64,000 nt of DNA from Selaginella moellendorffii (taxonomy: Eukaryota > Plantae > Lycopodiophyta): NCBI RefSeq assembly GCF_000143415.4, contig NW_003314302.1, forward strand, positions 80,065 to 144,064. The letters run 5' to 3'. A program made the translations under genes and the position numbers. Below the pieces are notes generated by a model, which was not told where the DNA came from, searched no databases, and was given only the letters and a program-made list of their open reading frames with translations. Positions 1 to 13,082 of this stretch are shown here, piece after piece; positions within the stretch are counted from its first letter, which is position 1, and each line of letters opens with the position of its first letter.

Positions 1-189
1 GAACAAAGCAAAAATCTGTAATAATAACATATTTCACAATGCTATTAATTTTTCTCTATAGGAGATGTTACAAGGGAATGCTCATAAAGTTCCTTAACAA
101 ATCATTGAGTCCTTAAACTTATGTAGAGTAATTATGCCAAGATTGGTCTAAGGTTACTAAGGCAATGGGCAAAGCTCAAAATAGGTAAC

Positions 190-605
190 AATATGATAAA
201 GATAAGCATTATTGGGATGTACTGTATCAAGTGGGAGACCAAGTTTGGTTATCTTTATGAAATTTGAATATTAAAGGATCTTTAGTTTTTACTAAAATAT
301 GCTAGTCCCTATTAGGTACTCAAGCAAATAGATGATATATTTTATTAGTCAAATCTTCTAAAAGAGACAAGTTTACATGATATGTTTCATGTTAGTTTAT
401 TAGCCCTATATCATGAGAATTCTAACTACTCTATAGAAGTTTGTCTAGCACCACAAGTTTATGATAGTGAATTTGAGTATGAGGTTGAAGCAATTCTTTT
501 ATCTTGCAAAACATGTGATAGTTGAATCAAAGAATATTCAGTTAAGTGGAAAGTTTACCCAACTTGGGAACCTATTAGGAATTTTATATATGCTTATAGA
601 GTATG
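190..605 (+). mobile_element. Decayed Ty3/gypsy (chromovirus-like) integrase C-terminus and chromodomain remnant
   Basis: Manual translation gives YQVGDQVWLS, LHDMFHVSLL, EYEVEAILL and EYSVKWKVYPTWEP, broken by stops/frameshifts; AT-rich. Confidence 0.8.
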
Positions 606-2537
606 AAAATTATAATAAAAAGTAGTTTTTATAAACCTTTATAATAAATCTTGCAAATCAATAAAGTAACACATTTCTTTCAATCCAAAGTTTATTTAGT
701 TTATCATATTTGCCAAACACCCTCACTATCATGCCTCATTTGTTAATCTTGTTTTGGTTTATGTGTTATTTATTGCAAGTTCCTAAATCTTCTAATGAGG
801 CATATCTACAAAATGTAGAGAGTGTCCTAGACCATATGATGATGTTCCCACATCCTAATTCATAATCTATTCACCATTCCATATTCATTAAGTTTTTAAA
901 TTTGTTATAGAGATTAACTCTTGGGATTGGAGTGAAAGCTCAAAGCAAGAGTTCCTCTAAAGGGGTGAGGGGGCTCCAAATGTATGGTAATGATAATAGT
1001 TGGAAGCACAAGCAACTATTTGAGACACTAGTTTGGAAATTATTAGGCTATATCATTCCTTATTTTGTATTCGATTTAAGCCTAAGCCTAAATTCCATAC
1101 TACTTTAATTGGTGGGGTACCCACCTCCTCAAATTAGGCCATTGGTATGCCAAAATTATGCCAAACACTGTCCGACACTATTTTGCATATAGGAATTAAT
1201 TATAGAAAGCTAATGCTTGTAGGGGAATTTAAGTGTATACTAGACCCATGTTTTATAGCACAACAAGCTTAAAGTTTGACTTCAAATTCAGATGCATTAC
1301 ATTTATAGTTTGTGTCTCCATCAAATCCTATCTTGAGCTGTAATTGAAAACAAATTAATCTACATTAGGTTCGGCAAGAATTGCTTCCATAGTCTTTATG
1401 ACAAATGCCATGGCTAAAGAGAAATAAAAGCTAAGACTCATCATATTCTCTTCTTCCTCTATATCAGAATTGGCAAAATAAAAATCTAAATCATAGAAGG
1501 CTTTAAGAATTGGTAGTATCACTCATCAATCTTTAGCAATCTATGCTTCTTGTTGATAAGCCCATTAAGTTGCTTATAAATCTAAATACTCTTTATATTG
1601 ATGCCTAGCCTCTTTTTATATTTGTTAGATTGTCTAGAATAAGATTTCAAACTTCAAACCTTTACTAATCAATTTGAACTCATAAACTAACTAGTTGAAT
1701 CTTCTATATTAATCCTAGATCGAGTCTTTAAACCAATCAATCACAGTTATAACCTTTGGTTTCTAGGTATTACAACTTTTTTTTTTTCATTAAAAAGTTC
1801 GATACTAGCCTTGAGTTCCCTCGAGGTCTAAGAATTGTATCCTTGGCAGCGTCGTGGGGCTGGGTTTTGCTTCGCCCTGGGCGCGATGATAGCCAGGAAG
1901 TCAAAGCTCTCGCAAACTCCGATTGACAGGATTTCTCATCGCAGTGTAGTCTCTTGGACTCGGGCTACTCACAGCTGGTTGGCCTTGGATCTCTTAGTCT
2001 TTGGCGAAGTCGATTCGAGCAGTAGTGGAGCCGCAGGGGTCAGAGGAATTTGATTCCAGCGAGAAGTCTTTCAGATTTCTGGAAGAACAAACGTTGAGGA
2101 CTCCAGTGCTCGAGGAGACGTTTCCAAGCGTGTCAGATAGGAACACTCGTAACGGAGACTGAAAGTGACGAACCGGCCCAAATCCAACCTTCGATCATGG
2201 TCAGATCGTACCTTCAAACCTTGAAATCACCAAAGATGTTATGTGATACTTTGCCTTTAGAAACAACTTACTGTATTTTTTAGGGTTTTTCACGGCATCA
2301 TAGGTTGAATGTAAGAAAATATTGTTATTTTCTATATTGATCATTCTAAAATATATTAAATATAAAACAAATTAAAATTTGAATTTTTTAGGCACTGCTC
2401 TGGAGAATCCTGTCACTTATCTCGCACCGCAGGTCACGGAGATGTTTCGTGCTGTCGGTCCTGGAAACTAGACTCCACCCTTTTGAAACGCGATCCAGAG
2501 AGGACGTCGTAGACTTTGATCCCGTTTTGTGTAACGT

Positions 2538-4989
2538 TCAACTATCTGGCATGTTGGACACTTCCGTCAACCTCGCTTGCTCCCAAAAGTCCTATGCATT
2601 GGCAAACAAGAATTAAGACACACTAAAACATAGCCAGACAAAGCAACTCACAGACGCGAGCTTGTCGTTGATCTCGTGCGGTTTGATGGTTCTCCCCAAG
2701 TCCTATCATCCACAAATGAGTATCAACACAAACAACAGGAATTTAACAACGCTCATAGTACCGAAACGAGCCTGTGCACCAATGTTCCGACCTTGCGTTC
2801 TCCTGTCACAAGAGCGACTACCTCATCGCTTGCTGCGTGTGTACACACCTCAAGGTCTTGCTGGCTAGCCTCCACCAAGCCGCTTCTTCTGTGAAGGTAT
2901 GAGCAGTACACCAAGCTCTGGAAAGCCTTGGGATCCGCTGTTCCAAGACTATTTACATCATGGTACCTCTGCCAAGTCGACAGGGTTCGAAGTACTGGAT
3001 CCGTCACATCCCTGCACAGTGCTACTGTCGCCTTTGCCAAGTGATGCTCCACACTGTATCTAGTTGCATCTACATGCATGATAAAACACCTGTTAGAAAC
3101 TTTAGAGAACTGAAGTACTGTGGGGTTGGACCTGGAAGCCTCACGCTTGGAAAGTCAGCACTGGAATAAGCTGGCAACCAATCGTCGTAACTGTCCACGC
3201 CAAACTCTACAAAATCACTATAGATATCACCACACTTCCAGTACCACAGCTCCTGCAACGCAAGACGTTACTAGCTACATTCAAGGAGACGTAAGAAGTC
3301 TCACCTCCACAAGATATATAACCACAAGACTCGCAGCAGATTCGTCCTCGGCAAGCAGCGGCTTGAAAAGGTGGTATCGTCCAGCGACTGCATTGCGGCG
3401 TATTTGCTCAGCAAGCTCCATGCTTATACAGCTCGAGTCGCCGGGATCTATGTCTTCCATGCTCACCGCAGCCACAAAGTTGACGAAGCTACTCTCGTAC
3501 TTGAGCCTTCGAAGAAACTCAGGGACACTCCGCAGCCATATGTCGCACCGGGTGCGAGCTTGCTCGAGGGAGAAAAGCCCATTGCTGCTCAAGGTTGATC
3601 GCACCTCTTGCAGGAGCGACGAGTTCTTGCATGGCGGCCATCCCATCCGGGCGTATTCCTCGTTGATCTGGTCCACCATGAGCTTGTGCTTGAACTGGCC
3701 CCCGCGGCAGCGCAGCCACGAGTGGAAGAGCCGGGCCATGACCCCTGTTTCACAGTTGAGCTCCAAAATCGACGAGTTGAGCTCCATTTTGGCGAGGAGC
3801 ATGTCGAAGCCGCTGCTCGTCAAGGGACGACCAACTTGTAGACCCTCGCTCCCCGCGGCCTTTATGTCCTGAGATCCAAACGTGTTAGTGAAAGCTGACA
3901 GAAACCAGATTTGGTGCTCTAAGTAACTTGAATGAGCTTCCGGATGAGCGATGCTGGCAGGCTTGCTGTGGCAGTGGCAAATACACTGTCCGCTTGATGT
4001 ACTGTCCCCATCCGCAACGAAAGCCAGCTCTCCAGTTGCTGGAGACCGGCCGAGGAGAGTGGCTTCATGAGATTCTCCTTGTTCGAGTTGAGAGCGAAAG
4101 TCATCGCCAGATCCACTGGCAGCTGATCCGCGAGCTGCGGTGGCAAGGGCAGCTTCATCGGCGGCTGCTCATCTGCATCACCGATCCTCGTTTCGCAGAG
4201 GACGTTCTTGAGCACCTCCATGGCTTTAGAGCGCTCGGAACTATTTGCCACCGAGAGCCACGTATAGAAAAGCTGGCAGAGAGGCTCCGTCACGTCGAAC
4301 ACATCGTGGCGGGGAACCTCGACGAGCTCGTGTTGCGGGGAGCTCGCAGAATCGTGATGAAGCTTCAACTGGCGGTGAACCTCGCAAAGCTCTGGATCAA
4401 GCGAGAAAGGGAGAGCTTCGCTTTTAAAGCATCACTGGAAATACTTACCTAGAGTGATTGCGTCCAGGTCGACGCTAATGCGCTCATTCTGCCTCACGCG
4501 GCCCTACGATCAAGGCTTGGTTTAGATCGATCGAAGAAAGAAAGGAGTTCTTACATAGAGGAAGTGGCTCAGCAAGTGATCGAGTACCCGCCTGTTCCAA
4601 AAGCAATCTGTTCCATACCACTCGACCTGGATAGCAGCATCCTCGACATCGGAGTAGCGGCAGAGATCCAGCGCCAGAGCAACGAAAGAAGCGCCGAAAA
4701 ACTCGAAAGTCCCGGTGGCCACTGACTCCCAAACATCGTAACGCGCCTTGTCGAGAGTGGTGTGACCCCTGGCCGATGATCTGGAGAGCGAGAAGTAGCG
4801 GAGCTCGTCCAGGAGGCTTGGATACAGCGCTACGATCCCACAGTGGCGATAGAGAGCATGGACTTGGTCCTGGAATATCCCGCCGCCATAGCCGCGCAGC
4901 CACGAGAAGAAGGCGCGAATGACATTGACGTCGGTCCAGAAGAGCTTGCGCCGCTCGCGCTCGCGCCACAGAGCTACCCCATCCTCCAT
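2538..4989 (-). CDS. Multi-exon protein of unknown function built from two related halves
   Basis: ORFs 4522-4989, 3919-4368, 3281-3823, 3070-3258 and 2753-3079 join through short GT-AG introns (e.g. CTAT|GTAAGA...CGTAG, CTAG|GTAAGT...ATCCAG, GGAG|GTGAGA...TTGCAG); 3' exons uncertain. Confidence 0.6.
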
Positions 4990-5085
4990 GTTGCCCTAGG
5001 GCCGTTGATGCTTTCCAGAGATCGGACGGTCATGTTTAAAATCATAGCACATTGTTATATATCACAAAAGAAATACTCATAAACC

Positions 5086-5730
5086 CTAAAACAATGGGGC
5101 AGTGCGTGGGAAAAACCCCTTCCGCGGTGAGGCAGCACGCGCTAGGTCTGGATTACTGACCGTGCGCTTTCTTTCAGGAGAAATCGAGCTCGACAGAGAC
5201 GCCACTGGTGCCTCGTATCTTGTGCGGTGACAGAGAGATCGCGCTTGAAAATCCATTGCATGACTGATCGTGATCGAAATCGTTCTTCTTGCTTCTGAGA
5301 TCTTTCCAGGCGGAGACGAACGCGATAGCGGCTGTATCTCCAGCAGCGTTTCCGGTTGTGGCAGGCATTCCCGTTCAAGCGTTCCCGCTTGAAACTTTGC
5401 AAGCTCTTCTTCTGGATCGAAAACTTTTCCAGGCCGAGACTGCAATACTACTGCCTGCATTTCCAAAGGAATCTCCAGTCGTGGCAGCGTCTTCCCTGGT
5501 GAGTGAGCTCTAGAAATGCGAACGAGCTCGCTCTGGATTTCTAATGAGATCTTTCCAGGAGGAGACGAACGCGGTAGCAGCTGTATCTCCAACGCCACCT
5601 CCAATCTCGAGTCCGCTTGAATGTTTGCTAGCTCTTCTTGCTGATTGAGAGCTTTCTAGGCGGAGACGCTACCGGCGCCTGCATCTCCAACGCCATTGGC
5701 ATGTTCTTCCGTGGTAAGTGAGCAACCTGA
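5086..5730 (-). other. Repetitive ORF or pseudogene with LE(I/M)Q...S(P/R)PGK units, frameshifted near 5650
   Basis: 172-aa ORF with recurring SSPPGKIS/HSPGKTL/SRPGKVF; near-identical DNA at ~5298-5342 and ~5547-5591. Confidence 0.4.
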
Positions 5731-5800
5731 ATATATATAGTGCATTGGATAATTCAATGTCGTTCTTAGGGCTCCCTAAGCCCTAAACCCATTTCCAGTG

Positions 5801-8800
5801 ATGAACAAGGGTTTCACTTGGGATGGATTGGACGGCGGCGGTGCTGTGGCCGTGGTGCAATCGCCCTGGGAATTCTCCGGCTACGCAAAGGCTAGCGAGC
5901 AGGAGCATCGCGAGCGCAACACCACGTCCATCGATCACAAGATCAAGCAGCGCCTCAATGCGGGTAAGCAGCTTGCTAGGAATCAGGACAGCGACGAGGC
6001 AGAGGAGGAACTTCTGGAACGCGCATGGGCCAAAGGCAGAAGCGTTGCTCGGAAGAGAAATAGAGACATTGCCAGTGAGGGGAATATTAGCGATGAAAGC
6101 GGTGTAGAGGAGGATGAAGGTGCTCAAGATTCTGATGAAGAGGAGGGAGATGATCTAGACGAGGAAATTGACGAAGATGATATAGAGCAGGATGATGAAG
6201 AAGAGGATGTGGACCAGGACGGTGAAGAGGAAAATGACGATGAGCAGCGGGAAGAAGATCGCGGACAAGACTCTACTGACGAAGATGAGAAAGAACAACT
6301 TGATCACAGTCAGCGAAAGAAAAGTCTCGATTCGAAAAAAGAGAAGGTATGGGAAAGAGGAAAACCATGCTAACAAGATTTTTATTTTTATTTTTATTTT
6401 GTTCTTAATTTGTTTCGTTACTTTTTTTTCTTTGTAGCCTGCAAAAGCCGGGAATACCAACAAAAAGCCGCAGTTTTTTTCTTCTAACCATGGTGCTTCC
6501 TTCAACGCATCGTCTTTCATAGAACTCAACGTCTCACGGCCTCTTTTACGGGCTTGCGACGCTCTTGGCTACCGCCAGCCCACTCCTATTCAGGTAAAAT
6601 GCTGTGATTCACTTTTCATTTTTTCCGTTTTTGATTTTCTTGTTTAGGCAGCTTGCATCCCACTAGCTCTTGCCGGAAGAGACATTTGCGGCAGTGCTGT
6701 GACTGGTTCGGGGAAGGTTTGAAGATGAAGTTGTAATCTATTGTTGTAATCTTACACGTTATCTGCAGACGGCGGCATTTGCTTTGCCTATCCTGGAAAG
6801 GCTTCTGTTTAGACCCCGACGTATACCGGCTATACGGGTTCTTATCATCACTCCAACGAGGGAGCTGGCAGTACAGTACGAGTTGTAGCTACGCATTTGT
6901 CTTTTAACAAACTCTTTCTGTACAGGCTCCATAGCATGATTGAAAAATTGGCACAGTTCACAGATATTAGATGCTCTCTAGTCGTAGGTGGTCTTTCAAG
7001 CAAGGTATGAAAGATTGTTTTTATAAGCTTTGCATTCTGCAATGGTTTTGTAGGTACAAGAAGTAGCTCTTCGAACACATCCAGACATTGTAGTTGCCAC
7101 CCCGGGTCGTATGATTGATCATTTGCGAAATACACAATCCGTTGGCCTCGAAGAACTTGCAATTTTGGTACTGGACGAAGCTGATCGTTTGCTAGAACTC
7201 GGTTTTCGAGAAGAAATACACGAGCTGGTAGAGTTTCATTTACATAGTGTGTTTTGCATCTGATTGCGTGGACTATGCATAGGTGAAACTATGTCCTTCC
7301 AGACGACAGACAATGCTCTTTTCGGCTACGATGACGGACGAAGTATCTGAATTGATCAAGCTCTCACTGAAAAGTCCAGTCAGGCTGTCAGCCGATCCGT
7401 CAACTGAGCGTCCTTCGACGCTCACCGAAGAGTGCGTCCATTAAGTTTGGAAGGAATCTATCTTGACTGTTGTGTTTTTTGCGCAGAGTGATCAGAATCC
7501 GGGCTGGGCATGAAGGAGATAAAGAGGCTATAGTACTTTCCCTGTGCTCACGGTCACTTAAGTCGAAAACAATCATTTTCAGGTTCTTAGTGTTCTATCC
7601 AATGTAAAGTCTTAACCTTTTCTGTTTTTTCAGTGGCACGAAGGTGGAGGCTCATCGCCTCAAAATACTGTTTGGTCTGTCGGGTTTAAAATCAGCTGAG
7701 CTCCATGGGAATCTAACACAAGCTCAACGGCTAGAGGTCTGTGTTTCGTTACGAGCTTTTTATATGACTTGGGGAACTTTTATGCCAGGCATTAGAAGCA
7801 TTTAGGAAGCAGGAGGTAGACTTTTTGATTGCTACGGATGTGGCTGCTCGTGTAAGTATTACATGGCTTTCACTATGTGCAACGAGCTTAAGTTTGTTTT
7901 CAGGGACTCGACATTATAGGCGTTGAATCGGTGATAAACTTAGAGTGTCCCAAGGAAATCAAAACGTAAGCACATCTCTCTGTTTCTATTTGTTATTGAA
8001 ATCCACGTAGTTATGTTCATCGAGTAGGACGAACTGCTCGAGCTGGGAGACATGGCCGTTCAGTCACTTTGATGACTGAACAAGACCGTCTGCTTTTGAA
8101 GGCTGTGGTATGTTGATATGAAGTATACATGTTCACCTTATGAACGTATTGTCTGTCCCTTCAGGCTAAAAGAGCTGGATCCAAACTCCAGAAGCGGGTT
8201 GTCGCTGCTACATCCATTGCATCGTGGCGTGAGCGCATTGAAAAGATGGAAGAAGATCTAGTTCAGATACTTCAACAAGAAAGGTTTGTTTGTGTGGATC
8301 TGAACCTGACTGACTTTTTTGGCTTCAGGGAAGAGAAGTTTTTGAGGAAAGCGGAGATGGAAGCTAACAAGGTGGTGCACTAGGGACTTGTAACTCTTAC
8401 CTTGTGTGTCTTTCATTTATCAGGCACAGAACATGATGGACTACGAGGCAGAAATATTTGCGCGGCCCAAAAAGACGTGGTTTCAGTCTCAACAAGACAA
8501 AACACGCATTGCCAAGGTATCTCCGGCATCGTATGTTACTGAACCATTATAACAATCTGCTCTAACAGGAAGCCAAGGGGCCAGCGCTGAAAAAGAAGGC
8601 TATTAGTGTTGACGAAGGCGAGGAGCTTCAAAAGAAAGAGAAGCGGAAAGCCGAAACAGAGGTAACATACGCGTGGCTATTCTTTCGAGCGTGCCATCTC
8701 ATGTGTTATCTTGACAGAAAGCCTTACCACGTAAGAAGCGCCGGCGCTTAGAAGCCGCCAGAGAGACGGCAGAGGAAGGCGCTGATGAAGACGAAAACCA

Positions 8801-9232
8801 GCATAGAAAGGTGAGAGGGAGAGAGAGTTTTCAATATCTAGAGCTAACTAAGATCCGGGGGACTTCTTTCAACAGGGAGGAGGAAAGAAGAACAAGAACA
8901 ACCCCGGTACATCTCTTGTGGACATCGGCTACAGGCGTGCAAAGGCTGTGAAAGCTGCGGAGAAGGCGAGACAGGAAGGGAGATTTACCCCTAGCAAGAA
9001 GAGCTCTGATGACAGGAAGAGGAAGAAGAAGAAAAAGGATCCTGAGGATGAAATGGTGAGATCGTCTAAACCGGAGGCTGGTGCTTCCAGACGTGATGCT
9101 ACGAACAAGAGGCCCAAGAGAAAACCTGGTGTGTCCAAGCGCTCGTTCAAAAGCAAAGCAAGGTACGGTTTGTTTAACTTTTATGGAAAACTTCAACTTT
9201 TATTTTCCAGGTACAAACGACGCCGGAAATAA
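5801..9232 (+). CDS. RH28: DEAD-box RNA helicase 28 (DRS1/DDX27-like), multi-exon
   Basis: Acidic N-terminus with TTSIDHKI; Q motif [44 protein letters not shown]; ends [14 protein letters not shown]. Confidence 0.93.
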
Positions 9233-9416
9233 AACTTGAGTTTAAACTTGTAAGCAAAACATGATCTTGTCGTGGTCAAGCATCTTGCGAAGAAATTTAT
9301 ATTTTTTGTGGAATTAGTGTCAAAATTCTTTTATTGTGAAGCGCTAAACATTTTGTCTATAGATAGTTTACAATTTTCTTTTATAACTGTAAATTAATAA
9401 CTAATTAAAAATGTAA

Positions 9417-9490
9417 GGCCTATTAGCTCAGCTGGTCAGAGCGTGGTGCTAATAACGCCAAGGTCGCAGGTTCGAGACCTGCATGGGCCA
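9417..9490 (+). tRNA. trnI-AAU: tRNA-Ile, anticodon AAT, intronless
   Basis: GGCCTAT...ATGGGCCA acceptor stem, TAGCTCAGCTGG A box, GGTTCGAGACC B box, anticodon loop CTAATAA. Confidence 0.97.
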
Positions 9491-9541
9491 AATACTTTCA
9501 ACTCCAGAATGAATATTCGTCCATTTTATCAAATGGAGCTC

Positions 9542-10246
9542 TTAAAAGGTTGCAAAGAAGGCACGCATAAGCAACCTGCGAGTGACTCGAAACAAGGCCG
9601 GCAAGAAAAGCACGTCACTCAGAAAATGCTTTCTTCGAGCTGGAAGAAAAACCGCTCTCGGGATGCTCTCTTGTCCATCAACACCATCGGAAGAACTGGC
9701 TCTCTCCTCCACCACCTCCGGATCATCGCTCTCCTCCACGAACAAGCTCATGTAACGATCAATCTCGGAGCTGCTGCTGCTGTTCCTCCCAAAATCACTA
9801 TCATCCATCGCGGAAGTGACATCATCCTCTTCGTCACTGGAGCTCTGGACTGCCTGCTCGACCTCGTCTCCACTGGAATCTCTTCCTGCCTGCACGACCA
9901 TCGTCTCCTCGTCTTCACTGGAATCTCGTCCTTCCTGGCGTTCTTTCACTACCACCTCCTCGACTATCACCGGACGAACAGCAAGTTTCTGGAAGTGCCT
10001 GTAAGATTTTTCTAGTCCCCCAGATTTTTCCAGTCGGCCACTGCCACTGCCCTGTGACTCCTCGGGATTTTCCACTAGCTGCGGCCTACACTCCTCGAGC
10101 AGCAAGCCCAGTCGTCTAAACGACAGCACGCACAGCATCGTGGAGATTATCAGCGGCGAAAAGAAGAGGATGGCGTCGTAGGCGACTCTGAGTAGCAGCA
10201 GCGAGAGCCCGGCAGCCGCCAGCCTCTTCCAGTGTCTCTTCTCCAT
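9542..10246 (-). CDS. Unknown protein, N-terminal hydrophobic segments plus acidic Ser-rich region
   Basis: 234-aa uninterrupted ORF; two hydrophobic stretches then SSxDE repeats. Confidence 0.55.
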   Translation of the reverse strand: MEKRHWKRLAAAGLSLLLLRVAYDAILFFSPLIISTMLCVLSFRRLGLLLEECRPQLVENPEESQGSGSGRLEKSGGLEKSYRHFQKLAVRPVIVEEVVVKERQEGRDSSEDEETMVVQAGRDSSGDEVEQAVQSSSDEEDDVTSAMDDSDFGRNSSSSSEIDRYMSLFVEESDDPEVVEERASSSDGVDGQESIPRAVFLPARRKHFLSDVLFLPALFRVTRRLLMRAFFATF

Positions 10247-10428
10247 TCGGGCCTGTAGAAAAGAGATTCATCTTAGTGATCAAATAGGAAAACAAACTTG
10301 AAGGTACCATTCTTGATTCCCAAGCCAGGTGATGCTGCTGGTCCCCATAGTAGCAAAGAAAAAATTATCTCCACTTACCAGCAAAACCTTTTCTGATATA
10401 TACAGGTTTGTGTTATTGGTGTTTTTGA

Positions 10429-12490
10429 TCAAGATGCCAGCAGTAGCTCGTAAATCTGTCCGGTGTTTTCCCGGCTTAGCCGCTTGAGGCCATCAAAGCA
10501 TCTCCTGCCTCCAATAAACTCGTGACGCTTCATGACGTCGTTACTGCTCCCTCTGGCAGCGTACAAGGCTCGAAGCTTATCAGCGTGCTTCGAATCTGTG
10601 TTGATTGCTACGTTCAACTCCTGTTCCGACAAAGGCTCCTGCATCGATTTGAATCCAGAATGTGAGGAAGTAGAAAAGTCTTAAAACGAAATACAAGCCC
10701 AGACCTGGTAAAACTGATAGATGTTTTCCATTATTTGTTGCCTGGTGAAGCCGTTCTCACAGAAAAATGATCTCGACGACGGTCCCATCTCGGCAAAGCG
10801 GTCCACTGGAAACATGACAGTCAAAAAGACTGCATTATAAATTATCTCCTGCCTTTCACTGCAAAGCAAGCCAGTGTAAGAAAGTCGGGCTAAAACGTAG
10901 GATGCATTGGCTTACCTTTCAGTGAGAGGACGTGCAAACAAATCACTCTCTGATCCCGACGTGTTCCCATTATCAGGAGCATCGAAGAACTCGTCACTGG
11001 GAGAAATTTCGGCGTAAACCTTTGCTGCTGAAGGACAATCCGTAACAGACCAGCACAGGCCATCTAAAAGTGTGGCTCCAGTGATTGGGCGTGGCAATGT
11101 CCGACATGGCTGAAAACGTAACACAACACATTAGAGATATCCATCTAGAAAGCTTCCCTGCCTGTTTACGTTGTCCTCTGCGCCTCCTTACGCCTTCTTT
11201 CGCGTTCTTAACGAGCTCCTCACGTTCTGTTTGAAGAGACTTAACCGCGTCTTCATTCTGCCAGACACCACTGAAATTCAGTAAAAAAAAACTCAAACTT
11301 GGAGAGAAGATGACAGCAAAACAAACCTGCAACGAGCTTTTACTTTGCAAAAGATCAGCCACAAAAGCCAAGTGCCGTGCTAGATCTGTCGATAGTTGCA
11401 CCATGCGCTGCAGCGCATGCTCTTTGAGACTCTTCAACAACCATAATGGCTGACAAAAGAAAAAGACATTAGAGAGCTCGGCAGAACAATGGACCGAAGC
11501 TGTACCCACAGTGACTAGATTACATGTTGACCCCGTATAAGTTAGAAAAGAGTCCCTTTCACAGACAACATGCGTAACATCGGAACCACTGTACCAGTTG
11601 TCAGCAAAAGTCGCACCTTCTTTGCTTGCTCCAGCGACCACCTGTTCCAAGACAGTCACATCTGAGAGACTGACAATTGATTCCTTGTGATTGTTACCTT
11701 CGCTTGCACGTCCTCAGAAAGACACGGATCCAGGTAAAGCGTGAAGCCTCTCAAGAGAAGACCACGCTTGCTCTCGGCATTTGGAGACTCCGCCAGGGAC
11801 TTCACTGAGATGTCCCCGGATTTGCTTTCTTCGAATCTGCTGGGCAAGCAAGCGTGTTCGCCATCGAAAAGTCCCTGTTCCGGAGAAATCACGGCGTTGA
11901 AAAAGGAATTCTTTGACACAGCGTACAAAGATTCGTCCAGACGTTCTGCAAAAACAACGACACTGTCTGACACATCCGCAAGAAAAAAAATAAAATTCAT
12001 ACCATTTAGCTTAGCTGAGTTGATAAACCATGCCAAAGTCACGACGAACAATCCACGTTTTACCCCGTGCTTCAAAGCATGCTCAAACTTTCGTCCAACA
12101 AAGCTGTGCGAGGAGTCAAGGAAAGAGCTAGAAAAAACAAAGCGAGAAACCAAAGAAAATGGTGGATATCTGGACGACCAGGTGTGTACACTGAGGATGT
12201 AGATCCGGACTGTACACTCCACCCATTCTCTCGGTGGCATCTTGGACTTGAGCTCGAACTTCTATGAGGGAAAAATCACCACATTTTATCAGCCAAGGAG
12301 AAGATCCTAGCTAGAAAAGCATACCTTTGGACAGACCAGTGACACAGATGATCAATCCTCTAAACGGTCCATTCGCGAGAGGAGTTCTCGGGACTCGATA
12401 CACCGCCGGCGAGGGCGACGACAATCCAGGAACAAATTGCAGGCTCCGGCATCCTCCACTGTGAACAACATGCCCCCTCTCCTTCGTCAT
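10429..12490 (-). CDS. BRCT-domain DNA repair-associated protein, multi-exon
   Basis: GPFRGLIICVTGLSK, YSPDLHPQCTHLV, GRKFEHALKHG, VVTLAWF; second BRCT VTHVVCE...PLWLLKS; ends QIYELLLAS*. Confidence 0.8.
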
Positions 12491-13082
12491 ACCGCCTCTC
12501 AGCCGCGAAGAAACATGATCCAAAACCCCTCCGCTGCTACAGCGCGTTCGAGAGCAAGAGATCACACACCTAGATCAGCTCCCGCGACGCCACTGCCGGA
12601 TTGAGAAGCGACAAAGCAATCTCAATCGACTCCTGCATTTCCAAGAATCACGGGCCGCCAGCGCGCCACTCTGTGTGATCGGACAAAAAATCCCTGCGCC
12701 AGGGGAGAAAAAGGGTAGAGCCCTAAAATGCCCCGTGAGCTGGAGCCCATCCTCGCCGTCCATACAGTCAACGCGCGGGGGCGTGCCACGTGTCAGGTCC
12801 TGGGGATCGTATCCGTCGGATTTGGCCACGCACACATATAGACTTGGATCGCAAGCCACCTCATTGGGGATTCTCCCGGCCTTAAAATAATCAGTCTTAT
12901 TTGGAGCTAATTTAGTGCCAAATATAGCACCAAAAGCCTTGGTGTGATGGTGAAGGCCGCGCGGCAGCACCGCGACAAGCACGGGCCGGATTAACTTGTT
13001 ATTTTCGCCCTAGGTAAAACTCTCTCGTCGAGCGCTAGCTTTTTCACCTCCATTCTTCTTCCCCAATTCCTTGCCTTCTACC

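Noticed and set aside
700-2240. Possible TE coding or gene remnants
   Set aside because: Looks like decayed sequence but no assignable motifs were found.
3120-3872. 250-aa plus-strand ORF (and 3928-4452)
   Set aside because: Antisense to exons of the spliced minus-strand gene, which has splice-site and internal-homology support.
9443-10015. 190-aa ORF starting inside the tRNA
   Set aside because: GTG start within the tRNA; antisense shadow of the acidic ORF 9542-10246.
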